Assembly: GCA_000165425.1 (NCBI GenBank)
Contig: CT868552.1
Location: forward strand, 124,001 to 188,000
Reading direction: 5' to 3'
Source of the DNA: Paramecium tetraurelia
Lineage: Eukaryota
Length of the DNA stretch: 64,000 bases
Below are positions 12,524 to 26,039 of the stretch, in pieces (within the stretch, counting starts at the first letter, position 1; every line of letters begins with the position of its first letter). The notes under the pieces were generated by a model that saw nothing but the letters and a program-made list of their open reading frames with translations, was not told the DNA's origin and made no database searches. A program made the position numbers and the translations under genes.

Positions 12524-14134
12524 TCAATAAATGGTTTTACAATTATAACCAGATCTTTTTTTGTATTCTTACAGTAATTTTTTAGTTAAATTATCGTTAA
12601 GGGAATGCTTTTATTAGTATTATTGTAAGAGTTTCTTTATTTATAATTGATTTTCCAAATAATCAGCATTTAATTTTTATTATCCATTTAAATCAACACT
12701 TATATCTTTACGCAACTTGTTTATAAATTAAATATTTACTGAATGTTAAGCTTCTTCAATCTATTCAGCACATGAAAAAGGTCTTGGAATCTGTATCACT
12801 TCTTGAGGCTGTTTGCGAAAACTATGAACAGAATTGTTTGATCTATTTGCCTCAGTGTGTTAAGATGAAGAAGCCTTCTTTTAAGGTTTAGTTGAATTGA
12901 TTGTAGATTTTTCAGAACAGCCTTTTATTGATTATTATCTTTTGAATTCTTGATCTTTTGAAATAGTAATGATAATTTACTTATGAGATTTAACACATTT
13001 TATGTTGTCTAATTTCTTTGATGATTTATAGTAACTTATGATGTTTCATAATTAGATAAATTACTTTTTCTATTTTTATCCGGATATTCACTAGTTTCAG
13101 TTTGTACTCGACTAGCTTAATTATTTGATTTATTATTAGTATTGTTGTTATTATTATTATTGTTGGAGATGTGAGTTGAAAATATACGTTTCTATGAATT
13201 ATTCCGAAATTTAATGTAATCATCTTATGGCTCTGTTCGTAATCGGTTATCCTTTTAAAATATTGTTAACATTTACATATTCTTAACCAAGACATTTAAA
13301 TTTATCTTTTTAGCCATTCAATGAGATAGTCTATTATTTCATAAACTCATTTTCAATATTATCTTTTTCTAACTAGGTTTTTTTCGATTATTGTCCAAAC
13401 TTTATATTTTAAGAATTTAAATCAACTTTTGAATTTAGTTTAATGTTTTGTATATCCTTTTCTTGTATCTTTAATTTTTGATTCAATGTATTATTTTTTT
13501 CATTTAGAATCTTGATTTGAATAATAAAATACTTGGAATTCATTTTTGAGTGTCTACAACTCTTCTTCTAAATCATCTTTAATTTTGAGCACATCTTCTA
13601 ACTTTGATTGTGTATTTTCAGCAAACAACTTCAATTATTGTTCAATCTTGATTAGTTCATAATAAATACTCGTATATGTTGACGGATCTCAGCTTCCAAT
13701 TTGATCAATTATTCTTCATAATCATTTTAGTTTCTAGAGTTGTGATCTTCTATCTGTTATTCTAAATTGAACTAATCTCACTCAAAGAATACTTTATTTT
13801 GCAAGACAATCGAGAATATGCATCCGATATAACAAATTAAAGAGATGGGATCTGTATATAAATCTTCCTGTTTATCAAGAGGCACCACTTTCTTTATCTA
13901 ACACAATAATAACTATTAATAGTTTATGATTTAAACTTGGTCTTCTGTTTTTTAGATGCTGCTTTTTATTTATTAATAGAGTTCCACTACAGATTTTTGA
14001 AGTTTTAAATCAAATTTCTTTTCCGTATGTTCTGAACTTTGTTTAAAATTGGATTCTAAGGATGTATTGATATCATCATGATAATGCTATTACTATTGCA
14101 ATAAATGCAACAAAGTTTTTGATTTTTACTACAT
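12524..14134 (-). CDS. Hypothetical Q/K-rich coiled-coil protein
   Basis: Long TGA-poor minus-strand frame starting MQQKSKTLLHLLQQQQH; stop position approximate. Confidence 0.55.
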
Positions 14135-15329
14135 TATTTTAAATAAATAACTGATTAGAATAGAGTTTTAAAATAAATTTTAGTTTTATATATACATATA
14201 TCTTTAAAGGAATAGAGAAACTATGAAAATAGACATTCAAAATATGTAACTTTGAGTCATATCAACAGGAGAATGAGTCTAAAGATCAAGTTTAACATCA
14301 GGAATAAACTCACTTTCAATTGTTAATAAGTCATCCAAACAAAATGTTAGAGTTTTTTAGAATGTATTTATAGTATATGCTACATATATATTCAACAGAC
14401 ATAACACTTGAGAAGTTGAATTGCTTTACTTGTAATCTTGAGCAGGCAATAACGATGTTTCTTTTATAGATGAATTGTAATACTAAATTCTATCAACCAT
14501 ATGACGTCTATTACTATTTCTAGATCTCCATCTATTCATCACTTCTGCAATTCATTTAAAATAAGTTTCGTTGACATTAGTTTCTTAAAACAATTGGTCT
14601 TAATTCTGAAATTCGTAGATTCTCTTTTTTTTGTTATCAGTTTTGATTGTCTGATAAAACAAATAAAAGCAACCCAACATGTAAGTTTTTAGTAGAACTG
14701 ATTTCCTTGGGAAGACTTCCCTAAGTTTTCTAATAAGCAAGACATTTTGTAATATTTATTAATAATTCATACAATATTAACGTATAAAAGATATAAAAGC
14801 ACTATAATTAGACTAATAATTAGATAAGATGACATGAGTCAGTTGTTCGTAATAGAAATTTGTTAATTCAAATTATTTTTATACTAAAAGAATTCCATAT
14901 TTATCAAAATAATTGTAATTTACTTAACTATTTATAAATGTATATCTAAGAAAGTTTGAAATAAATAAATTATTTCAATAAACCAATTTTTTCCCTATTT
15001 CATTTTGTTTATAATTTCATCAATCAATATTAATGAGGATGACTTCATAAAATAAATTAGTGTATTATAGATAGTTATTTTTACAAAAATAGATTTAACT
15101 TTAAAAACCTAATCATTCTGAATTTAATGTTCAATAATTGTCTACAAATACAAAATGAGAGTGAGTAAGAGCTAATTATACTCTTTATAGTTTTATTTGA
15201 GGCATATACTAAAGTATGATAATACTAAACCATCTAAGTACTCTAAAAGCCTGGATTGCAAATTTTAATTAATTAATGAATTGAGTTGAGTTGAGTTAAT
15301 AATGAATTCATTATTTGAATTATAATATA

Positions 15330-16190
15330 ATGATTAAATATTTGAGTGCTCACTTAAGATTGGCTCGTCATGATAAACCAATTGGGGCTTTGTTGCTTCA
15401 CATTCCTTGTGTATGGGGAACCATCTTGGGATAACCAACTTTTAATTTTTAAGAAATAATTTGGTACAGTAGTGTATTTGGAGTTGGATCATTCACGATG
15501 AGAGCAGCAGGGTGTGTGGTGAATGATATGTGGGACAGGAATATTGATAATAAAGTGGAACGCACGAGACAGAGGCCATTGGCTTCAGGAGAGTTATAAA
15601 TGAAGGATGCATGGATTAGTTTATTTGCACATTGTTCAGTTGGATTATTAGTATTGACTCAGCTTAGTTGGAGTACAATAGCAGCATCATTTGGAATAGT
15701 GCCAATAGCCTTTTTGTATCCTCTGGCTAAAAGATATTTTAGTTATCCTCAATTGGTGTTGGGAATAGCATTTAATTGGGGTGTAGTTGTTGGAGGGTTG
15801 TAATTGGCAGGGATGCTAAATCCAACGATTATGTTGGGATATGCGGCTGGAATAGTAAATACGTTGATATACGATACAGTCTATGGGCATTAAGATAAAG
15901 AATATGATAAGAGTTTGGGATTATATTCAACAGCTTATACTTTGCCTAAGAATACTCCTTTGTATTTGACTTGGGTATTTTCTGGATTGATTGGGTTAAC
16001 GTGTTATGCTGCATCATATCATCCGGGAGTTTATCCATTGATTGTTTTGAATTAATTAGACATGTATTTGAGATTGAAGGCAACTGACTTTGACAATCCT
16101 GAGAGTTGCGGTAAATTCTTTAGAGATTTCAAATGGTTTTAGATAACCATAGCATTGATATTTGGGGCTGGTTCGTATATGAAGTAATGA
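15330..16190 (+). CDS. COQ2: 4-hydroxybenzoate polyprenyltransferase (UbiA family)
   Basis: [79 protein letters not shown]; 861 nt in frame. Confidence 0.95.
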
Positions 16191-16239
16191 TTGATCAAAT
16201 TGTTTTAATTTATAATTAAATAAAGTCATTTTTTGGTAG

Positions 16240-17236
16240 ATGTTTGAAAGGAAGGAATTGAAGGCAAGAGTGAAAAAAAAGTTTGAATAAATAAGTGAGG
16301 ATTAAGAGATCATCTTCAGTATTAAGAGAAAACTAGGAGATCAATCCTATGACAACATATGTACAATTAAACACCATGAATTTAAGATTTATTAAATGAT
16401 GAAGAAATGTTGCGGTTTATCAATTCCAGGAAACAACAGAAGTTAAATTTTGATGATGTCATTAATTAAACAAAAAATCTATCTTTGGATGATAACACCC
16501 AAAAAATGTAAATTTAAATTTCTAATCTATTAGTGTAGTATTGGAGAAACTCTATTCTGATGACACTCCTCAATATAATGAAGAAACTCAGCAGTAAAGT
16601 ATTTTAAAGGATCGAAGAGAGTAATTCGTGGATAAATTTAGAAGAGACATAAGGGATAAGATGTTATAGGAGAAAAGAAATAAGGTGAGGAATCACTTTT
16701 TATCATAGTTCATTATTGAATTAGAGTAGGATAAGGGTAATCTCAGGTGTTGTGATCAATAACAGAATGAGTAATTAGAAAAAGACTATTATGTAATGAA
16801 GTAAGTGAATAAGAATGAAATGAATCAGGAAAAGAAAAAGAGTGCTCTCATGAACATTGATGCCAAATAAATAGAAAAATATTTCGATAATTATTATGTT
16901 GACAGTGAACACAATTCAAGTATTGACAGTGAAGACTCTCAAAGGACAGATTAAGATGCATATGAGTATCCTGAAAATGAAAGTTCGGATGATGAAGATG
17001 TCGAAGTGGACGATGATTACTATGATAACAATAGTGATGATTCTCAGAAATACAAAAAGTATAGGAGGAAAGATATTCAAGAGAAGGATGATTAAATTGA
17101 AATTGATGAATAATAATAAGCTTAAGGAATTGAGATCAATCAAGTTTAAGCTTTCATGAGTTTTATTAAATAACATGAACAATTAAAATAAGAAAAATAA
17201 TGTTGGAAAACATTTGACTATGAAAATGATTTTTGA
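16240..17236 (+). CDS. Acidic protein, possibly Iwr1/SLC7A6OS-like Pol II import factor
   Basis: N-terminal IFSIKRKLGD; acidic C-terminus DSEDSQRTDQDAYEYPENESSDDED resembles the Iwr1 DSN...DYPDEE motif; two tiny introns. Confidence 0.5.
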
Positions 17237-17280
17237 TTTATATATTTAATCAATATATTTTAGTTTATTAAGAATCTTGA

Positions 17281-17697
17281 TCAATTTGCAAATTAAACTT
17301 TTTTTGAGTTTTTTGATACCTAGGGCTATTATTATTGTGCAATTTAGTTCATCTCTGCCTAAAACTTTGAAAACACGTTCCCTTGCATTCCATGTTATGA
17401 TGGCAAAGCTTGAAATGTAACAAAATTTTGAAATTGTTGTTCTGATGATAAACTTTAAAATGAATATTATTATATCGTTGATAGTTACGATGTTTTTTGT
17501 GGTTCCTTCAAAACACTCAATTATTGTTGTTTTCTCTTTGGATATTCTTCATCTGAATCAGACTAACTTAACATTTATGGCTATTAATCCCCTTATTTTA
17601 AGGATCCTAATTTAGATGCCTCCGGATGAGAAGTTTCATCTTCATATTAAAATGTTTCGACTCTTTCCACTCTCTTACAACATTACCCATTTCCCAT
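17281..17697 (-). CDS. Small predicted acylated protein with C-terminal RVxF-type motif
   Basis: 138 aa: starts MGNGQCCKR, ends SKNSKKVQFAN*; frame checked throughout. Confidence 0.75.
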
Positions 17698-17886
17698 TAA
17701 TATTAATTTAATTAATGCAGTATTAAAAAGTGAATTGATGTCCTCAATAGAAAGATATTTAACATAATTAAGCCTCATTTTATATATTATGCCTTAATTG
17801 ATTGCAATTACATAAATTACATTCACTAAAATTACCAAAAAATTTATATTACAATACTAATAAATTTAATTAAGTAAAAAACAAAG

Positions 17887-19183
17887 TCAAATATGGGACA
17901 ATACGCTGCCATCTAATATTTGACTATATAATTGCTGACTCAATTGTTCATTCTTCTCCACCACCTCCTAATACTTTTGATATAACTACCGTATATAATC
18001 AATATCTTACCTAAACGTAATCCTATTGGGCCTTCTTAGGCAATTTTAAGGTCTTCTTATTATTGCTTTATATGATCTTCTCTATCTGTAATCTCAAGCT
18101 GTCCACTTCCAAAGCCGATGATCTAACCAAATCCTTCAATTTAAAATTCTCCTATTCCAAATGAGTAATTGTTCCATTCAGATGCTTTATTTTTTATTCA
18201 TACAGTTATTTAAATTACTGAATTTTTTGTTGAATTAAATCTATATCAACTTAGTTATTATTTTTAATTGTTAGATCCAGATTGTTTTTCTCCTCCAATT
18301 CCTGAATTTATAGATTTTTCTTCTGAATAATCTTTTTATATTCTGTCTGCATGCGATCAAAACTTTCATTTTGAGTCTTAATTTACTCCTAATAATTCTT
18401 GATCTCCTCATGTAGTGTATTATTCTTGAACATTAAATCTTAATTATCAATTTATAACATTTATAATTGAGTTTTATTCTATCTTACTTGTTCCTCAGCC
18501 TTTATCATTTATTAATAGTATTCATTCTAAGATTAAGTCTCGGTCAATTGCTTTTCTATGTTCTGTAAATGCTATCGTAATTAACTGATTTCATTGCTTT
18601 ATCCATCATTTTCATTGCTTTTTGTAATTTCGATTTCCTATCTCAAATGTTCGTTTTCAGATACCAACAAAGGCACCATCTGACTGTATTAATGAAGCAT
18701 CTCAGTCAGATGTTCGATCTATTTGAAATACGATTCTGGATATTGATTTGGGAATAGTTGACTTAATTTCTCCAATTCTCTATCCTTGCATCTACATGTT
18801 ATTTATAAGAACTCTATAAATTTTGGCTATTAACTTTAGTTCATTTTGATCGAATAATCTAATTGCTACATTAAATCCATTGCTTTATAAGTGTCATTCA
18901 CAAACCCTTTATTAAGAGCCAACCAGACTTGATCATAATCAATCTATTCTAACTTGGCCTAAGGGATGAAGGCTTCTATTTATCTATCAGTTGGACATAT
19001 TTCGTCTAGTGATTGATACAACTCTATAATTTTTGAACCATATATTTTAATTTGCAGAATCATTTTTTCGAAAAGCTCGATCTCAGATTCCACGTTCTAT
19101 TAAGGAAGCACTACAAGATTTGAGTTCACTTATTTGACATAATTCTAAATCTGGTAAAAGTCTTCATCAAATTCAAGGTACAT
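17887..19183 (-). CDS. Hypothetical coiled-coil protein
   Basis: Starts MYLEFDEDFYQIQNYVKQVN; heptad-rich E/Q/K/L sequence; ends GSVLSHI*. Confidence 0.7.
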
Positions 19184-19232
19184 GTATAAAAATTTAAATT
19201 TAATATTGTTAATAATAAAATCATCATCTTGT

Positions 19233-20588
19233 TCAATACCTTTTATTTTAAATTTATTCCATTAGCAATCTTTATTAGATTCTTTCCTAATCAGACAAAT
19301 AATAAAACTCTTCATCATTGTGGGATGCTTGATTTTAATTGGGAATATTAGGTTTTGGTTGTTCCTATCTTCTAGACTCTATTTCTTTCTACAGTTTTTA
19401 ATGTTACTTATATTGTGCATAACTCATTTGTAATTAATCAGCTTAAATAGACTCCAGCAATATTCTGCCTATTATACTTTCACCATTATCAATATCATTA
19501 ATAGAATTTTTAGCATCCTTACTTTAAGAATTTCTATCTTCGAAAATTTTTTTTTTTTCATTCTCCTATTTCATCTATTATGGTTGTGTTTACTTATTTT
19601 AATTAACTTACATTTGATTTTTGAGACCTTAATCCATTTTTGGATTACCCATTAATGTGTTGTCATTGATATATTAATCTTTAGTAAAATATGATTAGAA
19701 ATCTTTTCCTGATGAATTTTAAACCTATTAGAATGTCCTTCCTTAATTGTCCATTCTATTTAAATTTTTATTCTAATTATTCTAATTCTATTATAATTAT
19801 TATTGTAATTGTTGGTTTTATAGTGCATTTAATTTTTATTCCATTTCATATTAGGAATACTCTTAGCTTTAAGTCTAAGATGTATTAGTTCCTTAAGGCA
19901 GCACTGAATTATTCTTAGAATCCCGTAAGAGCCTCTGCATTTCCATATACTCCATAGATAGTTTGTAAGCCTAATATTAATCATCTTAAATCTATTTTTT
20001 ATTTTACTATAATTACTTCTGAGTAGTGTAAACTAGGTTTCAAGCCAATACTTTATTAATACATTTACTATGGATCTTAGTATGGCAGAGCTTAACCTTG
20101 ACTATAATTTGAACTCTAATTAAATTAAGGATTATTCATTTCTTGAATTGTGATATTTTTTTATCTCTGATCCTCTTGTTTAGGCCTAATTGCATGGCAG
20201 ATTTGTAGATGATATTATATATCTCTCATCATTACATATTGTGAACAATGATTACAACGTAATGTTCTACTGCCGCAGGTTTTCTCATGATCTTAATAGT
20301 CAATATGAGGCAATTAAAGTGAACAATAATCACACTTAGTTTATCTATTACTACATATATGTTTTCTAGGGTCTTAATATAATGAAATTGCAAACCTTAA
20401 ACTTTTGTTTTGCAAACTTAGCACCATTAGAGTTAATGAAATTCTATATCATGCAATTCTTATTCATTTTTATCGTAGAATTGCCCACATCTATCACATC
20501 TAATGCAGTTTTTTTCGCAATACATTTGGTGTAGTGTTAGTTTATAATCCTCTATCTATTTTCGGCAGAATTTGCAGTTTTAAAACAT
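19233..20588 (-). CDS. TRAF-type zinc-finger protein (TRAFD1/XAF1-like) with Q-rich tail
   Basis: MFQNCKFCRKQIEDYKLTLHQMYCEKNCIRCDRCG...H; CDYCSL...HEKTCGSRTLRCNHCSQYV; UIM-like DDQILAYKLSMEY; 1356 nt in frame. Confidence 0.82.
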
Positions 20589-20870
20589 TTTATTTATATA
20601 TTTTAATAATTTAATTATTTCATCTAGTCTTTTCGTCTATAAATATTCTGAGAGAGTTCCTTATTGTTCTATAATAAATCTATTATCATCGTAGTTAAAT
20701 AATAGGCATCAATCATTATTATTATGAACTTTACTAATCAATGAATGACAGAAATGATTGATTTAATACATAATTCTGATTAATAATGATTTCTGATATT
20801 CAAATGGAATGATCTTGGAAAATTGAAGTTATTGTTTTAGTTGATATTATTTAGTATAATAACATATAAT

Positions 20871-21783
20871 ATGTTAAATCTTGATAACATAGATTTAGTG
20901 AACAACACTTCTAATCAAATGAAGGTGTTTTGCTATTCTTTCTTTATTCGGACTTCAATATTTGCAATAATTAATTAGAAAGTCCATTTAAAGAAACACC
21001 CCAAGAAAGTTTAAGATGATATCAAAAACAGAATTGTATCAATCATTCACGGTTCCTTAACATTTTGGGCTGCTGCATATATAATGTTGGGTAATAGAGA
21101 TATGCATTTGCAGTTGAATAACCAGGATTCGGTGCGATTAATTCTCAGGCCATGCAATTTACAATGATAATTAGTGCTTCATACTTTGTCTACGATTTCC
21201 TTGCCTGTCTCTACTATGATCTTGCAGACATGTCACTGGTTTCTCATCATTCTTTAGCCATTTGTGGATATGCTGTGGCTACCTTCTCAAAGTTCGGAGC
21301 TCCATCTTCAATTTGTAAGTGCTAATTCAGATTTCTTATGGGGGTTGATGTCAGCTGAAGTATCTAACTTTCCTATGCATATGAGAGTGATCTTCAGACA
21401 AGTAGGTTTACGACATACCAAATTATATGAAGCATGTGAATGGGCTTATTTTGGTAATGGATCTATAATTAAACTATTAGCATTGTATATCATATTCAGA
21501 GGATCCTTAGTTCCTTATATGGTTTGGAATACTTGGCCAGAAAGCGAAGTTCCTTTGTTGGTTAAGATAACAGCCACTGGTTTATTCTTATAATCAGTAT
21601 ACTTCATCTTTGAGTAAATCTACTAATTTATATTCTTATAGGATGAAAAAGATTCTTATTAGTTAATATTTCTAGTATTAAGAAAGAAAGAAAAAAAATA
21701 TCCATCATTTTTGGTTTAGTGTCAACTAAAGAGTTTATGAATTATCATATATTAACAACTAAAAAAAAGATAAGGTATTTTGA
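20871..21783 (+). CDS. TLC (TRAM/LAG1/CLN8) domain membrane protein
   Basis: NRIVSIIHG, SASYFVYDFL, VSHHSL, AEVSNFPMHMR; hydrophobic segments; four tiny introns. Confidence 0.85.
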
Positions 21784-22027
21784 GTATGTATTATAAAAAT
21801 GTAACAAAAATCGTTTTCATTACTAATATCCTTAATATAATATTTATAACACAGAAATTTTCATTTATCTTTTACCTAAATTGAAGGGTATGTTTTTCTG
21901 ATTTAAGACACAAAATTCATTTATTTTTAAATTAGATCTCCATGAACGAAATTTGACATTCTTTAAATTTAGGGAAAGAGGGTAAGTTTATAGTATATGG
22001 TTTTAAAATATAAATTATAAAATTATA

Positions 22028-23324
22028 ATGAATTTCACTTTAGAGGGAAAACTTAAAATAGATTAATTTTTGCAATTACTCAAAATCTTCTCTAATCCTA
22101 CTATTATATGTGATGATGAAAGTATTTAACTGATTTTAACTAAAAGAAATACAATTTTCAGAAATACCGGAGAATTAAAAATTTAATGAACTCAATAAAT
22201 CAGATAAACCTGCTAGTTATGCCTAAATAAACAATGATTTCTTTAATGAATATTAAACATAAATTAGAGAAAATCATCTAAAATTTGCAGAAACTAGTTG
22301 TCTAAATATTAAGATGTAGCAAGATGTTTGTTTATTAAATTCTTAATTGAATTATGTTTGTTGTTAAGTTCCAATTGATATGATATACAAAGCACTTAAG
22401 CCATTAGCAAAATCACACATAAAGATTTTGAAATTGTCATTTTCCTACTTACTTATTGAATAAAATTATGACAACAAATAAATTTAGTTAAATTTTATAG
22501 TTGGAGCCTATTCAGAGAGAGGTTTCTTCACTATCGTGAAACCTGTAAACATGCTTCAATAGAAGGAGATAGAACTTCCAAATTTAAAAAATAAAGTAAT
22601 TACTATAAATTAGGAAAACTGCAAAACTATAATTCAGTAAATGAAAACATATCCAATTTCATTAATTTGTAATGTCGATGAAATATCCTTCTCTCCATTA
22701 TCTGTGGATTTAGAATAAGTAGATATTTGGTCGGGTGCTTTGACATATTATAATTCATCATTAGTAGAAGAAGTCTACGGTAGTTTAAGTATTTAATCAA
22801 TTTATACAAAAACATATAACCCAATTTTGAGTTATTGTGCAAAAGTTAAGTAAGATTGCACAATCTATATCACTCCATCTGAAAATGATTCAAAAGCAGC
22901 CATCTTATATTTTGTATCTAGTTAATCAAACATAATCATCTGCAATAGATAATAAGTCATAACAAGTGATGAATCAAAAGAATAGGGCAAGTTATTTTAA
23001 AATATTAGCGATGAATTACTTGATGAAATAGAATAAATTAGTAGCCAATTTGAGAAAAAGTTTTCTTAAATTTAAATAACAACTAATGTTAAAGATAATT
23101 ACATCGGTAGCTATGATAATTAACCTTTAAAAATGGCTTATTCAGCTATTGAAGACAACAACAGTAAAATGTATAGTACAATCAATTAAAAAGAGCCTTT
23201 ATTGTTTGTCCCACCAAAAGTAACAGGATCAATCAATGATGCTATCTTAGACTACATGACCAGAAATTCTTGCAAATAGACCTCTACTACTCTATCAAGA
23301 TATAAATCAAATTTTTAGAATTGA
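22028..23324 (+). CDS. Putative Rad9-like 9-1-1 checkpoint clamp subunit
   Basis: MNFTLEG...SYAQINNDFFNEY, CCQVPIDMIYKAL and IYTKTYNPILSYCAKVKQDCTIYI...AAILYF follow the Rad9 PCNA-fold pattern, then a low-complexity tail; similarity weak. Confidence 0.45.
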
Positions 23325-23638
23325 ATATATATTTTTCATAATTTTAAATCACAAATTCCTAATTAATCTTTAAATCAAAAAAATTAAATTAATAAATAAA
23401 AGTAAGTGATTAGGGTTTTAAATAAAGTAAATTAATTGTGGTATTATTTTAAATGTAAAAGATTATAAATTAATTACATTTACATTTAAATTTAACATAC
23501 TGACTCTCTCATTCAAATTAATTTATGATTATCTACTCTACTGAGTTTGATTAAACTTTAAGAATTTAGAATTCTAATCATATTATGAAATATAATAACT
23601 AAATATAAAACAAAGTATTAGAGAACATAATAATTTAA

Positions 23639-24200
23639 TCAAAAAATAGTGCAGCATTAATTCTTCGGTTTTTTGTTTTATTAGTTTTAAAGCTTACGTT
23701 TGCTAACATCAGTATTATAGCGTTTCCAATTTTCCACTATGAAAACATCATTTTTTTATTTAAAAAACACATTCAAATTCATATTTACTTCATCATCTAA
23801 ATTTTTAGCTTCCATATGGATATTGTTTAAACAAGGTCCAAAACCATGATTTTTATCATTTTTAATTTAACAACTTTCTTCATCTAGTGTTTGTGAATTC
23901 ATAACTTATAAATAAAATATAAAATCATTACATAATTTTTCAAATTAAGTAATTCCTTTATATCAGAATTGATCCTATTATGATTTTCTTTTATTCAAAT
24001 GGATAGCATAACAAATCTAAGTTATCATATTTTTATAATTCATTATTCACTTTGCGGTGTTAATTCTTTCTTTCTCTTTGTAACTGAATAGTAAATTTTG
24101 TAACTCTCGTTATTAGATTATAACTGAAGACTTTATTAACTAAGAACGTCTATATTATACTAAATCATCCATAAAGACGGAAAAATAAAATGAAATATGA
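23639..24200 (-). CDS. Hypothetical protein ending in a CaaX box
   Basis: Frame ends KKPKNQCCTIF*; one GTA...AAG intron near 23905-23931; 5' end unresolved. Confidence 0.45.
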
Positions 24201-24459
24201 AAATATCCACATTCTAGAATATTTAAAAAATAATATATGAATTGGAATCTCCTAGAACTTTGTCAGATTTAATTATAGACTTTAGTTAAAATCTATTATT
24301 TATTCGATGAATAGTAATTATTGTTAATTTCAAGTTATTACTTTAGCAAAGGATAACTAAAAGAAGCATCTCTCAACATATCCAGAATTCATGAATGTTT
24401 TAGTAAAATAAAAACTAATTAGATCAGCAATCTCAAAATCAATAAAATCATAATAATAT

Positions 24460-25217
24460 TCATTATCCTGAAAAGCTAAGTCTTTTAAAATTCTTCATTA
24501 CTACTTCGACTTCCATAATGACTTTTCCATTTGAAATGCTATTCAAAATCTTTCTCCTTGCAAAATCCCCCTTGTCGGTTGTTAATGGCGCCAATGTTGT
24601 TAATCTAGGAGGGTTTTCCATGTAAAATGATAAAGCTTAAAATCTCCAATCCAAAGATCTATCAAATTTTGAAAATTAATCTGTATTAGTAGCCAAATCT
24701 TCATTAGGTTTTCTTATCTCAAGATCTAAGTTCTCTCCAGTTGGTGTCCATGTTTCACTAAATAAATATCATTGATACCATGTAACTTAATGATAACCAG
24801 CGCTTCTTGGAAATATTGCTGTACCATAACTACAAGCATCAATTTTATTTGATGAGTCCAATCTCCAAACTTTTAATAAAGCTTTAGGCCATCCAATCAA
24901 GTTTGAAACTGAAAAGTGCAAATCAAATGGATGACCCCAAGAAAAAAGTTGTCCTGGCTAATGAATTATGTATTTCATATTTATACATTTGCATAACTAG
25001 TTTGAGTTTGAATTCCTTTATTGTTTCCTGGCTGTAGTAAATCCCATCCATCCCCACAATCTATGGCTAATTCACAAAATAGTCCATCATCCGTTTGAAA
25101 ATCAAGCCCACCGACAATCTATCCTATAAAGTGCACTTCGGCCTTTAAATCGGCCTTGGTTTATTTTATTTCCTAATAATCTATTTGATTCCCGGTTTAC
25201 TGATAAGGCATGCTCAT
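24460..25217 (-). CDS. B9D2: B9 domain transition-zone protein (B9D2/MKSR2; ICIS-1-like)
   Basis: AEVHFIGQIVG, QTQTSY, WGHPFDLHF...GWPKALLKVWRLD...SYG...PRSAGYHQV..TWTP. Confidence 0.88.
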
Positions 25218-25527
25218 TTTCAAATTTTATAGTAATTAAATATATAATATAAATTCATTAGATCCTTTTCTAGATTTGCGCTCATATGCATCTATCCTAG
25301 AGAGATTTAGAATTATGAAAATAGTACTTTTCCTTTATTAAATATATATTAGCACATTTTAGTAATACTTTTATATAGAAATTAAAATTATTGATAAATA
25401 TAAAATATAATCAAATATGAGCTTCTAGATAATTCTGGTTGAATATAAGTAGGAAAATATTTAATACCTATGTTTATAAGTGAAAAAGAATTTGTGATAG
25501 CCTTTATTAATTTATTTGAAAAATATT

Positions 25528-25894
25528 ATGTGTGATCACAGAAAAAGACAACTCACTTAAGATGATTTGGATAACTCAAATATCATGCCTAGAGCACCTC
25601 TAGTAAAGTATTATTATATTTCTATAATCAAGACCATTGAAAGCTTCTTCCATCTTAATACCTGAACTATCATTAACATATGAAGGTCCAAACTACTTTA
25701 AAAAAATTTCATTGGCAATACCATCTGAAGATGAAAAACTAGAAGGGTTTTAGTTAGCTGTCGTTGGCAAACACATCAAAAAGAGATAAAGATTTTAAAC
25801 AGAAGCTGCTAGCCACACAGTAATTAATATGATGGAAAGACAATTACTAAGAAGAAATTCTTCAAAAATGCAAATAGAAAACGATTTATTTTGA
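25528..25894 (+). CDS. Small hypothetical protein
   Basis: MCDHRKRQLTQ...MQIENDLF* with one GTA...AAG intron. Confidence 0.55.
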
Positions 25895-26039
25895 TTTTTA
25901 TAAGCAACTTGTATATTATAGTGGTTTACATTTGAATAGAGTACCTTTTATATAAATTTTATGAACCATCTATTGTTTATATTAAATTATATAATAATTT
26001 AAATTTTTAAATTATTTAAATTGATTCATATATATAGCT

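Noticed and set aside
14200..14760. Coding-like segment between genes
   Set aside because: All frames tried on both strands hit TGA with no recognisable motif; possibly a decayed duplicate, not supportable
23450..23498. 10-bp inverted repeat TAAATGTAAA/TTTACATTTA
   Set aside because: Expected by chance in very AT-rich intergenic DNA; no transposase or IES evidence
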